From Eremomyces bilateralis CBS 781.70 (Eukaryota), in assembly GCA_010015585.1 (NCBI GenBank), contig ML975184.1: DNA of 64,000 nucleotides; one strand, 5' to 3'. Within the stretch, counting starts at the first letter, position 1; every line of letters begins with the position of its first letter. Shown here one piece after another: positions 49,282 to 61,411 of the stretch. The notes under the pieces were generated by a model. That model had not been told where the DNA came from. It searched no databases and was given only the letters and a program-made list of their open reading frames with translations. The position numbers and the translations under genes are program-made.

Positions 49282-52200
49282 ATGCCACACACCATCCGCC
49301 CTTCGGACCGCCACGCCCCCTCCGTACCGCCTTCTCGCCCCAACTCTCCACCAACACGTCCTATTTCTCGAGACGCTTCTCCCAACCCCAACTCCGACGA
49401 CCGCAACCCTCCTCGCGACCAACCTCGTGGCCCCCGCGATCTACCTGCTCGTCGTCCCCCACCACGCCATCGCCGCCCGCAAAAGCGCCAGGAACCCCAA
49501 CGCACCGTCGTCGAGTTCTGGGACCGCTTCAATAGCAAGCACCCGGGCAAGGCATATACCCTACTCCCGGATAACTTCTATGCGACGCGTGCAGCGGGCG
49601 CCCATGCACGTAGGGCCATCCTTCATGGCGTGAATGCGCTCGCGAGTTACGAGCAAGCGGTGGAAGAATGCTGTGCCAAAGTGACGAAGATTGTCGAGGA
49701 GTGCAGGAGAATTAATCAGAAATATCGGGATCCCCATTTCGACATTGAAGCGGACTTGAAGCGGATGATCACGGACCGACAGCCGCCAGATAGTTTGATG
49801 GGCCTGGCGGATACGGTGCTAAAGCTGCGCCCGATGAGTGTGAAGAGGGTCGAGGACATTTTTGAAGATCCGCGGTTTTTCATCGAGGGCGCGACGGCGA
49901 ATGATGTGCGGCAGGGGAAGGAAGGGGATTGCTGGTTCATGAGCGCGCTGTGTACGTTGTCGAACAAAGAGGCGTTGATTCCGAGAGTGTGCGTCGCCAG
50001 AAACGAACAGGTTGGTGTCTACGGATTCGTCTTCCGTCGGGACGGCGAATGGATTTCGGAGGTGATTGATGATAAGCTTTATCTCATCAAGGAGGACTAC
50101 GATGACAGTGCGCTGGAGAGGAACAACTTTCTCCAGCTGCAGAACCGGGCCACCCCGGATGATGAGTATAAGGCGGTGATGCAAACCGGGAGTCGGGCAT
50201 TATACTTTGCGCAGTGCAGTGATCAGAATGAGACCTGGCTGCCATTACTTGAGAAAGCATATGCGAAAGCACATGGCGATTATGCCGCTCTGGAGAGTGG
50301 GTTCGTTGGGTGAGTAGAGTTCCACGTCTCATGTTGTGCCGTCGTCGACAAGACTGACCAAACATAGAGAAGGGATCGAGGATCTTACTGGAGGAGTGAC
50401 GACGGAGGTGTTCTCATCAGATATCTTGGACCGAGACAAGTTCTGGGGAGAGCTGATGAGAGTCAACGAAGATTTCTTGTTTGGCTGTGGGCAAATGGGA
50501 GGAATATACGGATCAAGAAAAGGGATTCTAGAGAAGCATGCATACGGCATCATGGAGGCGAGAGAGATCGAGCACGAAGGCAAAGTCCATCGTCTCCTGA
50601 AGTTGCGGTAAGTCGTGCTGCAACCCAACTTGAAGCAGAAAACTGATAGCGACTAGCAATCCGTGGGGTAATACAGAATGGAAAGGTCCATGGTCCGATG
50701 GAAGTTCGGAATGGACGCCATTCTGGATGGAGAAGCTGAAGCATAAGTTCGGCGATGATGGTGTCTTCTGGATTTCATACAAAGATTTGCTCCGTCACTA
50801 CCAGCACTTCGACCGAACGAGGCTATTCGGACGCGACTGGACTGTCACTCAGCAATGGACCAGCGTACAAGTACCGTGGTCGTCGAATTTCCTCGACACT
50901 CAATTCCGGATCACGGTGGAAAAGAATGTACCGGTGGTCATAGTATTGTCGCAGGTAAATGACTTGTTTCCGCGAAGATAACTTTGCATTGCTGATTCGG
51001 ACAATAAGCTCGATGACCGCTATTTCCGAGGTCTTGAAGGCCCTTATGAGTTTCATCTCCAATTCCGACTGCACCGAAAAGGGGAAGAAGACTACATCGT
51101 TCGCAGCAATGGTGCCTATTACATGCGTCGCTCGGTCAGCGTCGAGCTCACCGAACCGGAGCTGGAAGCCGGCGAGTACACGGTCATGCTCAAAGTCACC
51201 GCAAAGCGGTACTCCGGCGAGCCTCCACCCGAGCAAGTGGTTCAGCAAGTTTGCCACACGCGCCGCGAGAAATTGCTGTCAGTGGGTCTGAGCTACGACC
51301 TTGCACATGCGAAGGGGCAATTCCGGCCGCTGGAAAAAAATCGCTCCCATGCGGAAAAGCGACGCAGACACGAGGAACAGAAGAAGTGGATTCGGAAGAT
51401 GTTTGAGAAAGAGCGAAGTGCAAGAAAACGGGCGAAATGGCGGGCGATCAGGATCGAAGAAAAGAAGTCGCTGAAGGAAGAACAGCGGTATGCTGCACGG
51501 TTGGCCGAACTCGAGCGAATCGAGGAAGAAAGAGAGAAATCAGAGACCGCGGAGAAGCAGACGAAGGGCAACGGTGTATCAGGAGAACCGGATGGTATCC
51601 GCGTTCAACTTGAAGACTTCCGCCTTAGTAATGGCGACCGCTCACCAAACGGCAATCCGCTCGGCATCAACATGAACGGCAACGATGAAGCACCGCAGCC
51701 ACACCCGCTCTCTCAAACCTACCCTCTACCGCACCACAGCAATTCACCACCACATCGCAGCTCCACCCTCCCCCAAGTCTCCCGCGCAGTCCTCAACGAA
51801 GACTATCGCCGCCCCTCCACCCCTCCCATGCGCGGCCACACTCGCCATCCCTCGGGCTCCCCTCGCCCCGAACGCGGTCGTCCTGCCTCCGGCTCCTTTT
51901 CCGGCGCCGGCATAGGTCCGGGCATGCGGCGTTCCCACCGCGACAGCCTCCCCGTCCCGCCGGTCTTCGTCCGGCGCCCCAGCATCACCGGCGTCGACCA
52001 GGAGCACTCCCGACCGGGGACGCCGAGCCTCCATGGAAGGGCTCGAGGACTCAGCGTGAGTGACGTGAGCTCGGACGAGCTCAGCTGGGACAGCGAGATC
52101 GACGCGCCGGAGTTCTCGTCGGATGAAGAGGATGACGTGAGGCATAGTGAGCAAACACGACACGGTGGACATCCACCACCGAACTGGGGGAAGTGGTTTG

Positions 52201-52493
52201 GTGGGATGAATGGGCATGGAGGGAGGGGACCGCATGAGCCGATGCGACCGCATGATGAGATGGGCCCAATTGGAATGGGGCCAGAGGAGGAGGAGATGGA
52301 GGAGGAGCCGTGGAATGCGGTGTGTGTTTTGGGGTTGCGGGTGTATAGTAAGGAGACAGAGGTGAAGATTGAGGTGGTGAGACCAGGAGTCGAGTCGGGG
52401 GAGGAGCAAGAAAAGATATTGGATGTAGATGACAAGGAGGCGGATGCAGCGAACATAGCGAGGACGAAGGACATTTATACGTACAGATATTAG
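49282..52493 (+). CDS. Fungal calpain-family cysteine protease
   Basis: QGKEGDCWFMSAL (catalytic Cys), WLPLLEKAYAKAHG, HAYG (His) and R|NPWG (Asn). Introns 50310-50367, 50608-50656 and 50955-51008. Confidence 0.93.
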
Positions 52494-52751
52494 TTGAGTT
52501 AATGTTCACATACCAATAATGCCAGACAGTAAAAAGCCGGATCCATCCATCGTCTTCACTTCTGGTCCCATCTGTCGTCCAGCGAGCAAGGAGGTTGTTG
52601 CCTTGCAGCCTTGCAGCCTTGTCAGTGTGACCTGGACTGTGGATGCGATTCTGATTCAACGTCAATTGATTGATGCCCATCAACTGATCGACATTTACTC
52701 GACACACCTCGATCCACCGCTTCTATTCCTCCCCTATTTCCGATCGAAACG

Positions 52752-53768
52752 ATGAGTAGGAGCCCATATTCCTCTGCCGGGCGACTATGCTTCCGATGCT
52801 TGCGCGCATCAAAGCAGAGCCGTAGCACACGATCCTTTGCCTCCACTGCAAGCGCCAACCAACCACCCGCAGCTTCACCACGTCCATCCAGCAATGATGC
52901 TGCACCCGCAGACACCACGCATTTCGGGTTCCAGACAATAGCAGAATCCATGAAGGAGTCTCGAGGTATGTCCGCACCCCTCGAGCCACCACATTCAATC
53001 TAACCGCCCTCAGTCGGCGCCGTGTTCTCGTCCGTCGCCGGAAACTACGACGCCATGAATGATTTTATGTCCCTCGGAATCCACCGCCTCTGGAAAGACC
53101 ACTTCGTTCGCTCCCTCGACCCCGGCCATCCATCCTCCATCTCCCCATCCACCCCATCGTCTGGCTGGAAGATCCTCGACGTCGCCGGCGGCACGGGCGA
53201 CATCGCCTTCCGCATGCTCGATCACGCAACCACCATCCACAACGACACCAGCACCTCCGTTCTAGTCGCAGACATCAACCCCGACATGTTGAACGAGGGC
53301 AAGAAGCGTGCGCTTCAGACGGCATATGCGCGCTCGGGGCGCCTGGAGTTCATGGAGGCCAACGCGGAGTCCATCCCATCCATCCCGTCCAACTCTATCG
53401 ATCTGTACACTGTCGCCTTCGGCATCCGGAATTTCACACACAAAGATGCCGCACTGCGCGAAGCGTTCCGCATCCTCAAACCCGGCGGCATCTTCGCGTG
53501 CCTGGAGTTCACGCCTCGGCTCTCCAACCCGCTGTTGAACGCCGTGTACAAGCGGTGGAGCTTCGGGGCCATTCCGATCATTGGCCAGCTGGTGGCGGGC
53601 GATCGGGATAGTTACCAGTATTTGGTGGAGAGCATCGAGCGGTTCCCAAGCCAGGATGAGTGGCGAGGGATGATCGAAGATGCGGGGTTTGTGACTCCGC
53701 AGACGGCGTGGGAGGATTTGAATGGGGGGATCGCCGCGATTCATAAAGGGATGAAACCCTTGCGGTAG
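52752..53768 (+). CDS. COQ5: Ubiquinone biosynthesis C-methyltransferase Coq5
   Basis: Mitochondrial-type presequence, then THFGF...VFSSVAGNYDAMNDFMSLGIHRLWK, ILDVAGGTGDIAF and DSYQYLVESIERFP. Intron 52966-53013. Confidence 0.96.
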
Positions 53769-54923
53769 CGGAATGGATTGCGGCCTACCGTCTAACATGT
53801 ACGAATAGCAATACACCACAACTCAAAGCATTTTTCTGACTATCCAAGGCAGTGCCCCGCCGAAATGGTGTGCCTCAACCCCCCCGACCAGCACTGTTAC
53901 CTTTAAGAGCCAGGACATATCGAACAGTTTCAATTCAAGGAAGGCCACTGCCAAGGACAAAAAATTGTAATATGATAAGGAGACATGTGAGTGTTGATGT
54001 TGGAAGTGTTTACTTAGCCCCTCTCGCGCCCTTCATTCAGGGGTAATCACGTGAGCCTCTCCCTAGCCCCTTTCGATCCCCCTCTTCATCGCCATAAGCC
54101 CAAATCACTTTTCACTTGATGGCGCTCAAGCACGATCCCTCGAAGTACAGTGTGGGTTACTGCGGCGTCCTGGCATATGGTCTACGAAATGGAGACATCG
54201 ACGTCCACTGCCAAGTCACTCGTTGAATCTCTCCATTCTGAAAGGACGAAATTGAATTCATGGCATGACGCTCTTGACACACCGCCCCAGCCTTCCTGAC
54301 AGAAATCAACATGGCACGCGGGAACTCTTGATATCTAGGCCAGGTAAGATCTGGCATAGGGAATCGTGAACTTTCGAAGCTCTGGGGTATGCTTCCTTAC
54401 ACTTATTTTCGTCCACTATGGGTGCCACATCATCGAGTGATCCAACAACACCGGTAATGCTGCGGCTTCCAGAAGTCTGTTTTCAACGGGCATCCGAAAA
54501 TCCGCGTCGATCAGTTTATAATTCGAGACGTGCTTATCAAGAAATTAGCACCCATGATCCAAGTCCCTGCCGCCCAAGTGTTCACCGATTTCCAGGAGAT
54601 TGCCGTGAAGTTGGGCTTGGGCGAGGACAACCACCAAGCTGAGTTAGAGGGCGGCATCAGAGCCATTGAGGGCAGTTTTAGAAAGCCTATCTCCAATATG
54701 GAGTAAACACGCGCTCCAGATGTCACAGGAAGTGGTACCAAGATCTAATGGTGAACGGCATGATCCGTACGACGAACTCAGCTTTGTCACTGACAATATT
54801 ACTGGAACGGAGCCGTCTTATCCTGTTGATGTTTCCAGCGAGTACAGGCTCCGTCACACCGTTAAATTCAAAGCAATCGGCCAGGCAGCCACTATGGCAG
54901 CCATTCGGTTTGACTCCATCCTA

Positions 54924-56228
54924 ACTTACTAAGCCAAAAGTCTGGGCACAGACCCCATTCTCACCTGAATATCTCTACACCCACCCCTTACTTTGACAAT
55001 CAATAACTTTACCAAAATGAGGTCTTTTGGCACAAAAATAAGTGGTAATCGAGGGCCTAATAAGGAGTTATCGGCCGCTTAAAGAGTTGGAATTGTTCAG
55101 GCTGCTGAAGATGGGAAACCAAAGACTGAAATCGCGCGGAACTTTCGCGTCTCTAGAAGCACGGTGCATGGGACTCTAGAGAGATGGGAAGAACATCAAA
55201 CCACCGTATCTTTACCCCGTGAAGGGTGTCCCCATAAGCTATCACGCCCTGACGAACGGCATATCGTTCAAATCGCGCGTCGATTTCCTAAAATGGAGTA
55301 TGGAGAGCTCCTCGCAGGTATTTCGTACCTCCGCATTTCTAGGAAGACTATCTACCGAACCCTTAAGAAATATCACCTTACGAAATGGCGAGCGAAGAAG
55401 AGGCCTTACCTGAAGCCCCACCACGCAAAAGTCCGCGTCCGATTTGCCCACGAATTTCTTGAATTCGACTTCTCCCGGACCCACTCCACGGACGAGTGCT
55501 CGTATGAGAAGGGGGCGGGCGGTAAGCAGGTATGGGTATGGCGACTGTACCACGAGGCATATGATCCGCAAATGGTCGAGCCTAAGACCTCTGGCAAGGC
55601 CATTTCACAGATGATATGGGGCTCAATCTCGCGTGATGGGAGGTCAGGCCTGGTGATCATGGACCGCGACGAAACCTCCGCAAGACAGGGCTATTCCGCG
55701 AAATCCTACATCGCTACGTTAGAGGAGGGACTTCTCCCTACGTACGAACCCGGGGATGTTGTTATCCAGGATAACGCAAGGATCCATACGGCTAAAATCA
55801 CCCAAGAATGGCTGGAGACGCACGGCATTTGGGTCATCGATTGGCCGGCCAATTCTCCAGACATCAACCCCATCGAGCACATATGGCATCTGTTGAAATC
55901 AAAGGTCCTAGAGCTGCACCCCGAATTGAAGATGATGGGCGCCTCGGAGGAGGCACGGGAGGCCATGAATGCGGCGTTAAAGGAGGCGTGGTGGGCGATC
56001 CCTCAGGAGACGATCCGAGAGCTGATCGACTCAATTCCGCGACGTCTACGGGCGGTAATCAAGGCAAAAGGGTGGCATACGAAATATTAGATATTTCCCA
56101 ATTAAGAAATCAAAAAAGTAGACTGAATTTGCATTTGTATGTGTTTTGCAGCGTATCTCAAGATACGGTGTATAGCGATTAGATTTGGTGATTTTCGGGG
56201 GTGTGTGCAGACATTTGTCTACTTAGTG
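54924..56228 (+). mobile_element. Tc1/mariner (impala-like) DNA transposon, about 1.3 kb, with degenerate ~30-bp TIRs and TA TSD
   Basis: Left end TA|ACTTACTAAGCCAAAAGTCTGGGCACAGACCCC. Right end (reverse complement) TA|CACTAAGTAGACAAATGTCTGCACACACCCC. Confidence 0.85.
55017..56090 (+). pseudogene. DD34E Tc1 transposase with one premature stop
   Basis: ATG 55017 MRSFGTKISGNRGPNKELSAA*RVGIV...EIARNFRVSRSTV (HTH), with TAA at 55080-55082. TDE / QDNA / SPDINPIE motifs, 34 residues between D and E. Confidence 0.9.
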
Positions 56229-57942
56229 TAGCTCTTGGTGGAGGCCCGTCCATGGCGCACAATATTCCTGAGCGTACGAGTCACTCTCAAGTGTAGCCGA
56301 CGAGATCGGCCAGAAATCCAATCCACAAATGGTACTGTCGTGATGAATGTCCTCAAAGCCGTCAGTTAACTTTCCATTTTCGTCGTTGGCCGTATGTCGG
56401 AGTTTTTCAATGGTATTCTCAACCAGCCATTATCTTGTCAGGTTCAAATCAAGCTGAACAATGACACGAACAGTGACACGTTCAACGGGAAGATTGATGG
56501 CATTTCTCGGTATTTCGAGCCAACCATGTCGAATCACTGCAGAGGATATTGGTCACATGGTGTCCAAGGACTTGCTGTTCGGATCAGCAGGAACCAAAAG
56601 CTTTTCGACAGGAACTGGTCTCTACCCGATCGATATTTGAACCGTCATGTCTAGACGGCTCCTCCAAATTTGTCGGAGAAATTGTCGATATATGTGTTGA
56701 GTTGGAGTATTTCATCAAGGAAATCTACAATGCCAAACACGGCAAATGGGACACTACGAAGCTAATGAGGTTCCGCTAGGTATGCCTACCATTTACGCAC
56801 GGAGCAGCTTGTTCGACGCGCCCGATTCGGCATCTCAACGACGACTTCGTTCCAATACCTCTCCCATCAGTGACGTCTTCCATCAGTGGTTCCTAAGCCA
56901 TTCAGTGGAGTCCACTATACAGAACGTCGGGTAAGACTTTGGCCATTCGCACGATCAGGGTACACTCCCTGCGCTCGTGGGTGGGGGCAAGAAGTGTTGC
57001 TCGATGTCTAGGCATTGCGCAATTGTCATAAGAGCATGGACTTGACGGGGTCGGACGAGCCACGAATGCATTCTGAGCAGTGGAGAGCAACCTGTTGCAG
57101 TCATGCTCTCCGAGAAAATGATGTCACACAGCCACCTCCTCAGCTCGCATAATAGAATCAGGTAAGGCTTCTCTCGATCTACGTTTAATTGAAACGATAG
57201 ACCGCAGTCTAGAACATTCATTGCCTTCAATGTGGCTGAGGACGCGTCACGATAGCCTTGCGGCTAAATTTGGGCAACCGAGGAGTCAGTGATGAGCAGG
57301 GAAAGTCAACAGGACAGCACGCTTGCAAATGCGGCTATGCACGCCAGGTAACATCATCCTGAACCGAATAGGCAGTGTACTTATCGCAATATAGGGACAT
57401 TCATTATGGTGTGGTTCGTTTGATACGCTATTCGTTGCACCCCCCCGTCGATTGCGGCAATGGTCTTGGCAGCTCGCTCGCTTCTATTAATTCACACTGG
57501 AGGGTACTGAGTAGCTGCCATTGGGTTTTCTTCATCGTTTGCAGTCGTGAGAAAACGGATAGAAGGTGGCCAACCCGTCAGGGCATCGAAATAAAGTTTG
57601 ACTTGCATCATATGCAATGCGAGAGGGTGGCGCGGAGTGGCTTATGGACGTCGACCCAAGCTGGTGGAAGGCATTACGGTAAATGCTTAAGACTTGCCTA
57701 AACAGAGTTACTTTTTTCATGCGACCACTGCGTCCCGATTGCTCTATACTTCCTTTGCGTACCATAATGACGTAGAAAACCGTTGAAGGTCTTTATCAGG
57801 GCGTGAATTTTGTCCATATAAGTCGATTTCATCATACCCAGGCGTGATGGAATATTCTATCTATCCATTCAATCTCTGCTATTGTCCTGTCACATCTATT
57901 GAATTGTGCCCGTTATTCATTTCGCCATATTAATTTCTCACA

Positions 57943-58853
57943 ATGACTTCCATCGACCTGCTAAGTCTCTTCAAGATACCTACTGGTAGCACACAACGAT
58001 GTATCGGATATGCGAGGAGCACCAGCGACGGCTCCTGTGGAAACCGCGTCAAGAGATATGGAGCAGAACAGATTATCGAGCAGTCCCTGGCCGAGCCTTT
58101 GTCCAAACAAAAGCTTCGCCAGGTGCTGGTATCTGTCGCTAAGGCCTCTCTCTGCGGTCGCTACCATAAAGATCAGGCCATCGGTATTGTATACAGATGG
58201 GAAGCCCGTATCAGGATGCATTGCCCCGAGCTTATAGAGCACGACATTGATCGGGATACGTCTATTGATGCCGACGATGCTTCTGCTGATACCGTCTATC
58301 AGTCAATCCCAAACGTAGTAGAACTTACCGTTCCTACCGGAGACCAAATCGATACCGTCACCGATATCCCAGCCGATACCTCTACCCAGCAGACACCTCT
58401 TGTATCACAATGCGGTGCCCACTGCCAGCGCCGCTCAACTGATGAGGATTGCCCTATCTGCACTTCACTCCTGGCAAACGCCCCTCTCTCGTCCTTGACA
58501 TGGTGCAAGGTCCAATGCGGCCACAACCTACACGCCGAGTGCATGGAAGAATGGCTAGGGTCACACAATAACGGTCCAAGCTGCGTCGTCTGGTAAGCTA
58601 CTTGCCCTACAATGCACTGTTTTATTCCCGATCTATTCTGTGGTTACAACGCAATTCTAAGTTTGAAATTTATAGTCGTTCACCATGGTTACCACCTTGT
58701 GAACACGAGACTGCAGAGCCACCCTTCTCGATCTGGACTCAAGACGCAAGCGCATCTGGTCTCGCTCGGTTGTTTGATCCGAAGAATCACGGATTCAATA
58801 TCTGGAACGAGGATTGCCGAATGGAGTTTAGGCTCCTATTTAGCGAGGATTGA
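57943..58853 (+). CDS. RING-finger protein with an N-terminal Cys/His (treble-clef-like) motif
   Basis: RCIGYARSTSDGSCGN...LCGRYHKDQA, then RING CPIC...CKVQCGHNLHAECMEEW...CVVC|RSPW after intron 58593-58675. Confidence 0.8.
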
Positions 58854-59269
58854 CATCGAAGACAAGAGGCGGAATTGAGATGGAATAGCGTTTTATAAGA
58901 AGGAGAAGAGACTGATGGGTCGAATACTGCTTTCAATGTAGTGGATCCGCTTTATATGCCACTGCTTACAGTTGCGATATTGATCCTAGTCGGGATGACT
59001 TTTTGATCCGGAGGTGCTTCGGTGTTTTGGGAAAATGGTTGGGCTGAACTTGTAGCGTTCTATTTACCTAAGAAGTGGATGCCTACGGAGTAATAGTACC
59101 CATTCGGATTGCATGTACACTAGATTCTATCCTCATTTACCTATTGTCCAAATCTATAGCAATGTTTCATAAAATCACTAACCCATTCCTCTCGTTAGAC
59201 CCACAATGATTGAATATCATATTGGACACGCACTCGATCCAGTGAATCTGAATGATTTGGCATGATGAT

Positions 59270-60535
59270 TCATATCAGTTGTTCAGGAGGTCTATGTTCT
59301 TCGACGATGTCCTGCATTCCAGGCCAGACGCTCCCACCGTATCGTTCCGCAGCCATGAAGCACTTCGCGGCCTTCTTCTCATACTCCGCCCACAGTGCTG
59401 CGTTCGCTCCTTCGCGGTATCGATTGCATTCCAGATCGCCCACCCACAGCGCCACCATCCCTCTCAGCTCCCACAGTCCCGGCTGCTGGTCGTACGGAAA
59501 GGTACCCAGCGTCGAGTCCATCCGCATCGCCAGTTCTCGCGCCATCCTCAGTTCCCCCAGCTTGATGGCACGTCTTCTGGCGTCGAAGCCTTCGTCTTCT
59601 TCCGAATACGGTTGGATGGCCTTTTCACTTCTCCGCTGGATTTCGTAGATCCAGAGCGTGAACATCGGTTGGAAGAAGTCGCGAGCGTCGACTCGATCAG
59701 GTTGCTGGACGCGGTAGGGGTATTCGAGAATCAGTATGTCAAGCAGCTCTCGTGCTTTGCGGACTCCGTCTGGAGTGTATAGACCAGGGTTTCCGAGTCT
59801 GTGCCCTTCATGACGAACGTCACTCGTTCCATTGTCATCATCGTCGCTGGGGGTAGTCCGATGGGAATCCCCATCTCTACTACCTTCCGCTCCGCCATCC
59901 TCTTCAACGTCGGTCCATTCGTCGTCACTGCCACGGGATTGTCGTGTTCGACGAGCGAGGATCTCCGCCGCGACGCCCCAGTAGTTGTTCGCCGTGATAT
60001 CCGGGTAGTCCGGTCCAATCTTCGTCCGCAACAGCAATCCAAACGCTTTACTTGCACGATCTATATCTCCTTCCAAGAGCGAGTGGTGGAGGATATCAGA
60101 CATGACAGCGAATTGATGCCGAGGAGCGAACTGTTCCTTTAAGGTGACACGTCTCGCGTCTCGCTGTGGTCGGATCGCAGGATCGAGGTCCGAGAATCCG
60201 CTCTCGGATTCCCCGATGTCGAGCCTTGGTCGCTTCCTCTCGCGCAGCGGTGCATGAGGAAACGGAGCCCCGGGGAAGGGTTCCCCTCTCTTCCAGTGAG
60301 CAGTTTCCAGCTCTTGAAGTTGAGCCGCAGTAAACTCCGTTCTCGGCGGCGTCTTCTTCCTCTCCTCGACATGGTCGACCTCACTCTCCTCCTCATCCGA
60401 CGCCTGGCCGACCTCTCCCTTTCCCTTTTGACTGCGAGGCGATTTTTTCGCAGGGCCTTGGAGACGTCGAGCGCGCTGCTGCTTCGTGTGTTGCGATTGG
60501 CGGAGCGGTAACGCAAACGAATGACGCGATGCCAT
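59270..60535 (-). CDS. Probable RNA polymerase I core-factor subunit, Rrn11-like
   Basis: 421-aa ORF. LHHSLLEGDIDRASKAFGLLLR...WGVAAEIL and LILEYPY resemble the fungal Rrn11 helical region (recognised from memory). Confidence 0.6.
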   Translation of the reverse strand: MASRHSFALPLRQSQHTKQQRARRLQGPAKKSPRSQKGKGEVGQASDEEESEVDHVEERKKTPPRTEFTAAQLQELETAHWKRGEPFPGAPFPHAPLRERKRPRLDIGESESGFSDLDPAIRPQRDARRVTLKEQFAPRHQFAVMSDILHHSLLEGDIDRASKAFGLLLRTKIGPDYPDITANNYWGVAAEILARRTRQSRGSDDEWTDVEEDGGAEGSRDGDSHRTTPSDDDDNGTSDVRHEGHRLGNPGLYTPDGVRKARELLDILILEYPYRVQQPDRVDARDFFQPMFTLWIYEIQRRSEKAIQPYSEEDEGFDARRRAIKLGELRMARELAMRMDSTLGTFPYDQQPGLWELRGMVALWVGDLECNRYREGANAALWAEYEKKAAKCFMAAERYGGSVWPGMQDIVEEHRPPEQLI

Positions 60536-61411
60536 TGTGCATAAAAAGGCGAGAACCGGTGGCTGCTGACTGGTTCCAATAGTGCAGTGACAGCAGCGTG
60601 CAGCGGACGATAAAGTGAAACACCGCCACCGAGATCAGAATGCAGCGGTCAGACGGCCAGACGGTCAGACGGTCGTGCCTTTTGCATCGGACGCCTTTTT
60701 CGGCAGGCTGAGATGCTTAGGAAATGGGAGTCATCCAGGGAAGTATTTAAATATTATGATACTGGGATGATACTGGGGCAGGCGGTAAAAGACGATTATC
60801 CCACGACTTCACCGCCTGATATTGAATGAATCAAACGGAGGTTGTCTTAAATAGCGTCTCGACTGGCCCAAGAGTACATTTGCCATGGTACCGCTGGAAG
60901 ACCGCTGAGAAGTGATACGGAGGGTTTGGAGATGGAGCATGAGAGGAAGCCGATGGATGAGAAGCCGAGCTGGAGCTGGAAGCAAAAGTGGCTTCGTTGC
61001 AGAAATTTGGCATGAGAATTGATGGATCAAATGAATTCAACTTCTTTCTTGCTCACGCTGTATCTTCACAGCACCTACCAAGTACCTACTAGTATTAATA
61101 TTCGTGCACCTATGAATATTGGTGCATGAGGCGGTGGTCTAGTGGCGTTTCGCCTTCTCCCCAGCCGTCACTTCACCTCAACTCGTCATCTCGACATGAG
61201 CCCTGAATGATTCAGTTACCTATTCCTCAACTCCTCCGACCATCTCCTCATGAATCAACTATCCTATCTCTCCTGCTCCCCATTCTTACCTTTACCTAGA
61301 TCCCACTGACCGCTTGTTATCCTCATCGTTTGTTATACCTTCGATCCGGGACCGGTCTCCCATCCGCCAGTCCCCGAGTTTGCCAGGCGCCTCCGCAACC
61401 CTCCACCCGCG

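Larger units (their letters stand above)
54514..56270 (+). pseudogene. Possible degenerate host gene interrupted by the Tc1 element
   Basis: The frame ...MAAIRFDSIL continues as ALGGGPSMAHNIPE when the element and one TA are removed. Stops or frameshifts elsewhere; family not recognised. Confidence 0.35.
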
